The notes under the pieces were generated by a model that saw only the letters and a list, made by a program, of their open reading frames with translations, searched no databases and was not told the DNA's origin. This document shows positions 37,595 through 38,068 of a stretch of 38,068 nucleotides of DNA, piece by piece. Source of the stretch: a virus (Duplodnaviria; Caudoviricetes); the IMG/VR virus record IMGVR_UViG_3300033434_000387, positions 1 through 38,068 of that record; one strand, 5' to 3'. Position numbers and translations under genes: made by a program. Positions within the stretch are counted from its first letter, which is position 1. Each line of letters starts with the position of its first letter.

Positions 37595-38068
37595 ATGGAA
37601 GTTATACAAGAAGATTGGCCTTGGCCATGGGGACTGACGGTTAGAGGATCAACAACGTATATTGTTGTGCATCACACAGCAGGCCCGCAAATGCAGGACA
37701 CGCAAGCTATATGGGATGAACACATCAAAGCTGGATTTAATGGAATTGGCTATCATCGAATTATTAAAGGCGATGGAACTATAGTCCAGGGGCGTCCTGA
37801 TGATGTTGTTGGCGCACATGCTCAAGGTGTAAATTATTGCTCTGTTGGCGTAAGCCTAGAAGGTAATTTTGAGGAAGATGATACTCCAACAGATGCCCAA
37901 ATCGATTCACTACAATGGTGCTTGGATGATTATAAAACTATGTATCCAAATGCTCAGATAATTGGGCATAGGGATGTTGCAGGGATTGTTGAGCGTCCTG
38001 AGTTCGCTACAGCCTGTCCGGGAGATACGATGTATGCGTTGTTGCCGAACATTATAAAGGGACTGTAA
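37595..38068 (+). CDS. Endolysin, N-acetylmuramoyl-L-alanine amidase (Amidase_2), catalytic domain only
   Basis: IVVHHTA, IGYH..I..DG.I..GRP....GAHA.G.N..S.G..LEG, GHRD, TACPG zinc-amidase motifs. Confidence 0.92.
   Translation: MEVIQEDWPWPWGLTVRGSTTYIVVHHTAGPQMQDTQAIWDEHIKAGFNGIGYHRIIKGDGTIVQGRPDDVVGAHAQGVNYCSVGVSLEGNFEEDDTPTDAQIDSLQWCLDDYKTMYPNAQIIGHRDVAGIVERPEFATACPGDTMYALLPNIIKGL

Larger units (their letters stand above)
1..38068 (+). mobile_element. Podovirus-type (P22/N4-like structural genes) phage or prophage late region; extends beyond the left edge, and possibly the right
   Basis: Collinear terminase-portal-scaffold-capsid-adaptor-nozzle-ejection-spike-holin-lysin genes; no tape measure or sheath; no integrase or att in window, so prophage status is inferred from moron load. 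Confidence 0.93.

Noticed and set aside
1-38068. tRNA, rRNA, IS elements, integrase or att sites, spanins
   Set aside because: None recognisable by eye in this window; they may lie outside it

Overview
The whole window is the late (packaging, head, tail, ejection, lysis) region of a podovirus-type phage, probably a prophage. Gene order on + is terminase large subunit (3' end), P22-like portal, scaffold, N4-gp56-like major capsid, three paralogous head-tail adaptors, nozzle, small tail proteins, a GNAT-like assembly protein, three ejection proteins, a 1266-aa tail spike, holin and amidase endolysin. No tape measure, tube or sheath gene is visible. The host is inferred to be a spore-forming Firmicute, plausibly Negativicutes, from spoVS, sigma-H-type promoters and L27/Prp-type NLQLFA leaders. 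AT-rich accessory cassettes interrupt the late genes: TetR plus alpha/beta hydrolase, two secreted proteins with sigma-H-consensus promoters, a Cys-rich ECF sigma plus partner, and a stand-alone E2-type acyltransferase plus GyrI-like protein. A spoVS homolog follows the terminase. The standout is the ~3590-aa third ejection protein, which fuses a lysozyme-like domain, an amino-DNA methyltransferase and a Strawberry-notch SF2 helicase. Its MTase-helicase linker appears to contain a nested 130-aa gene in the +1 frame with its own Shine-Dalgarno (26035..26427). All calls come from motif recognition by eye; no searches were run.
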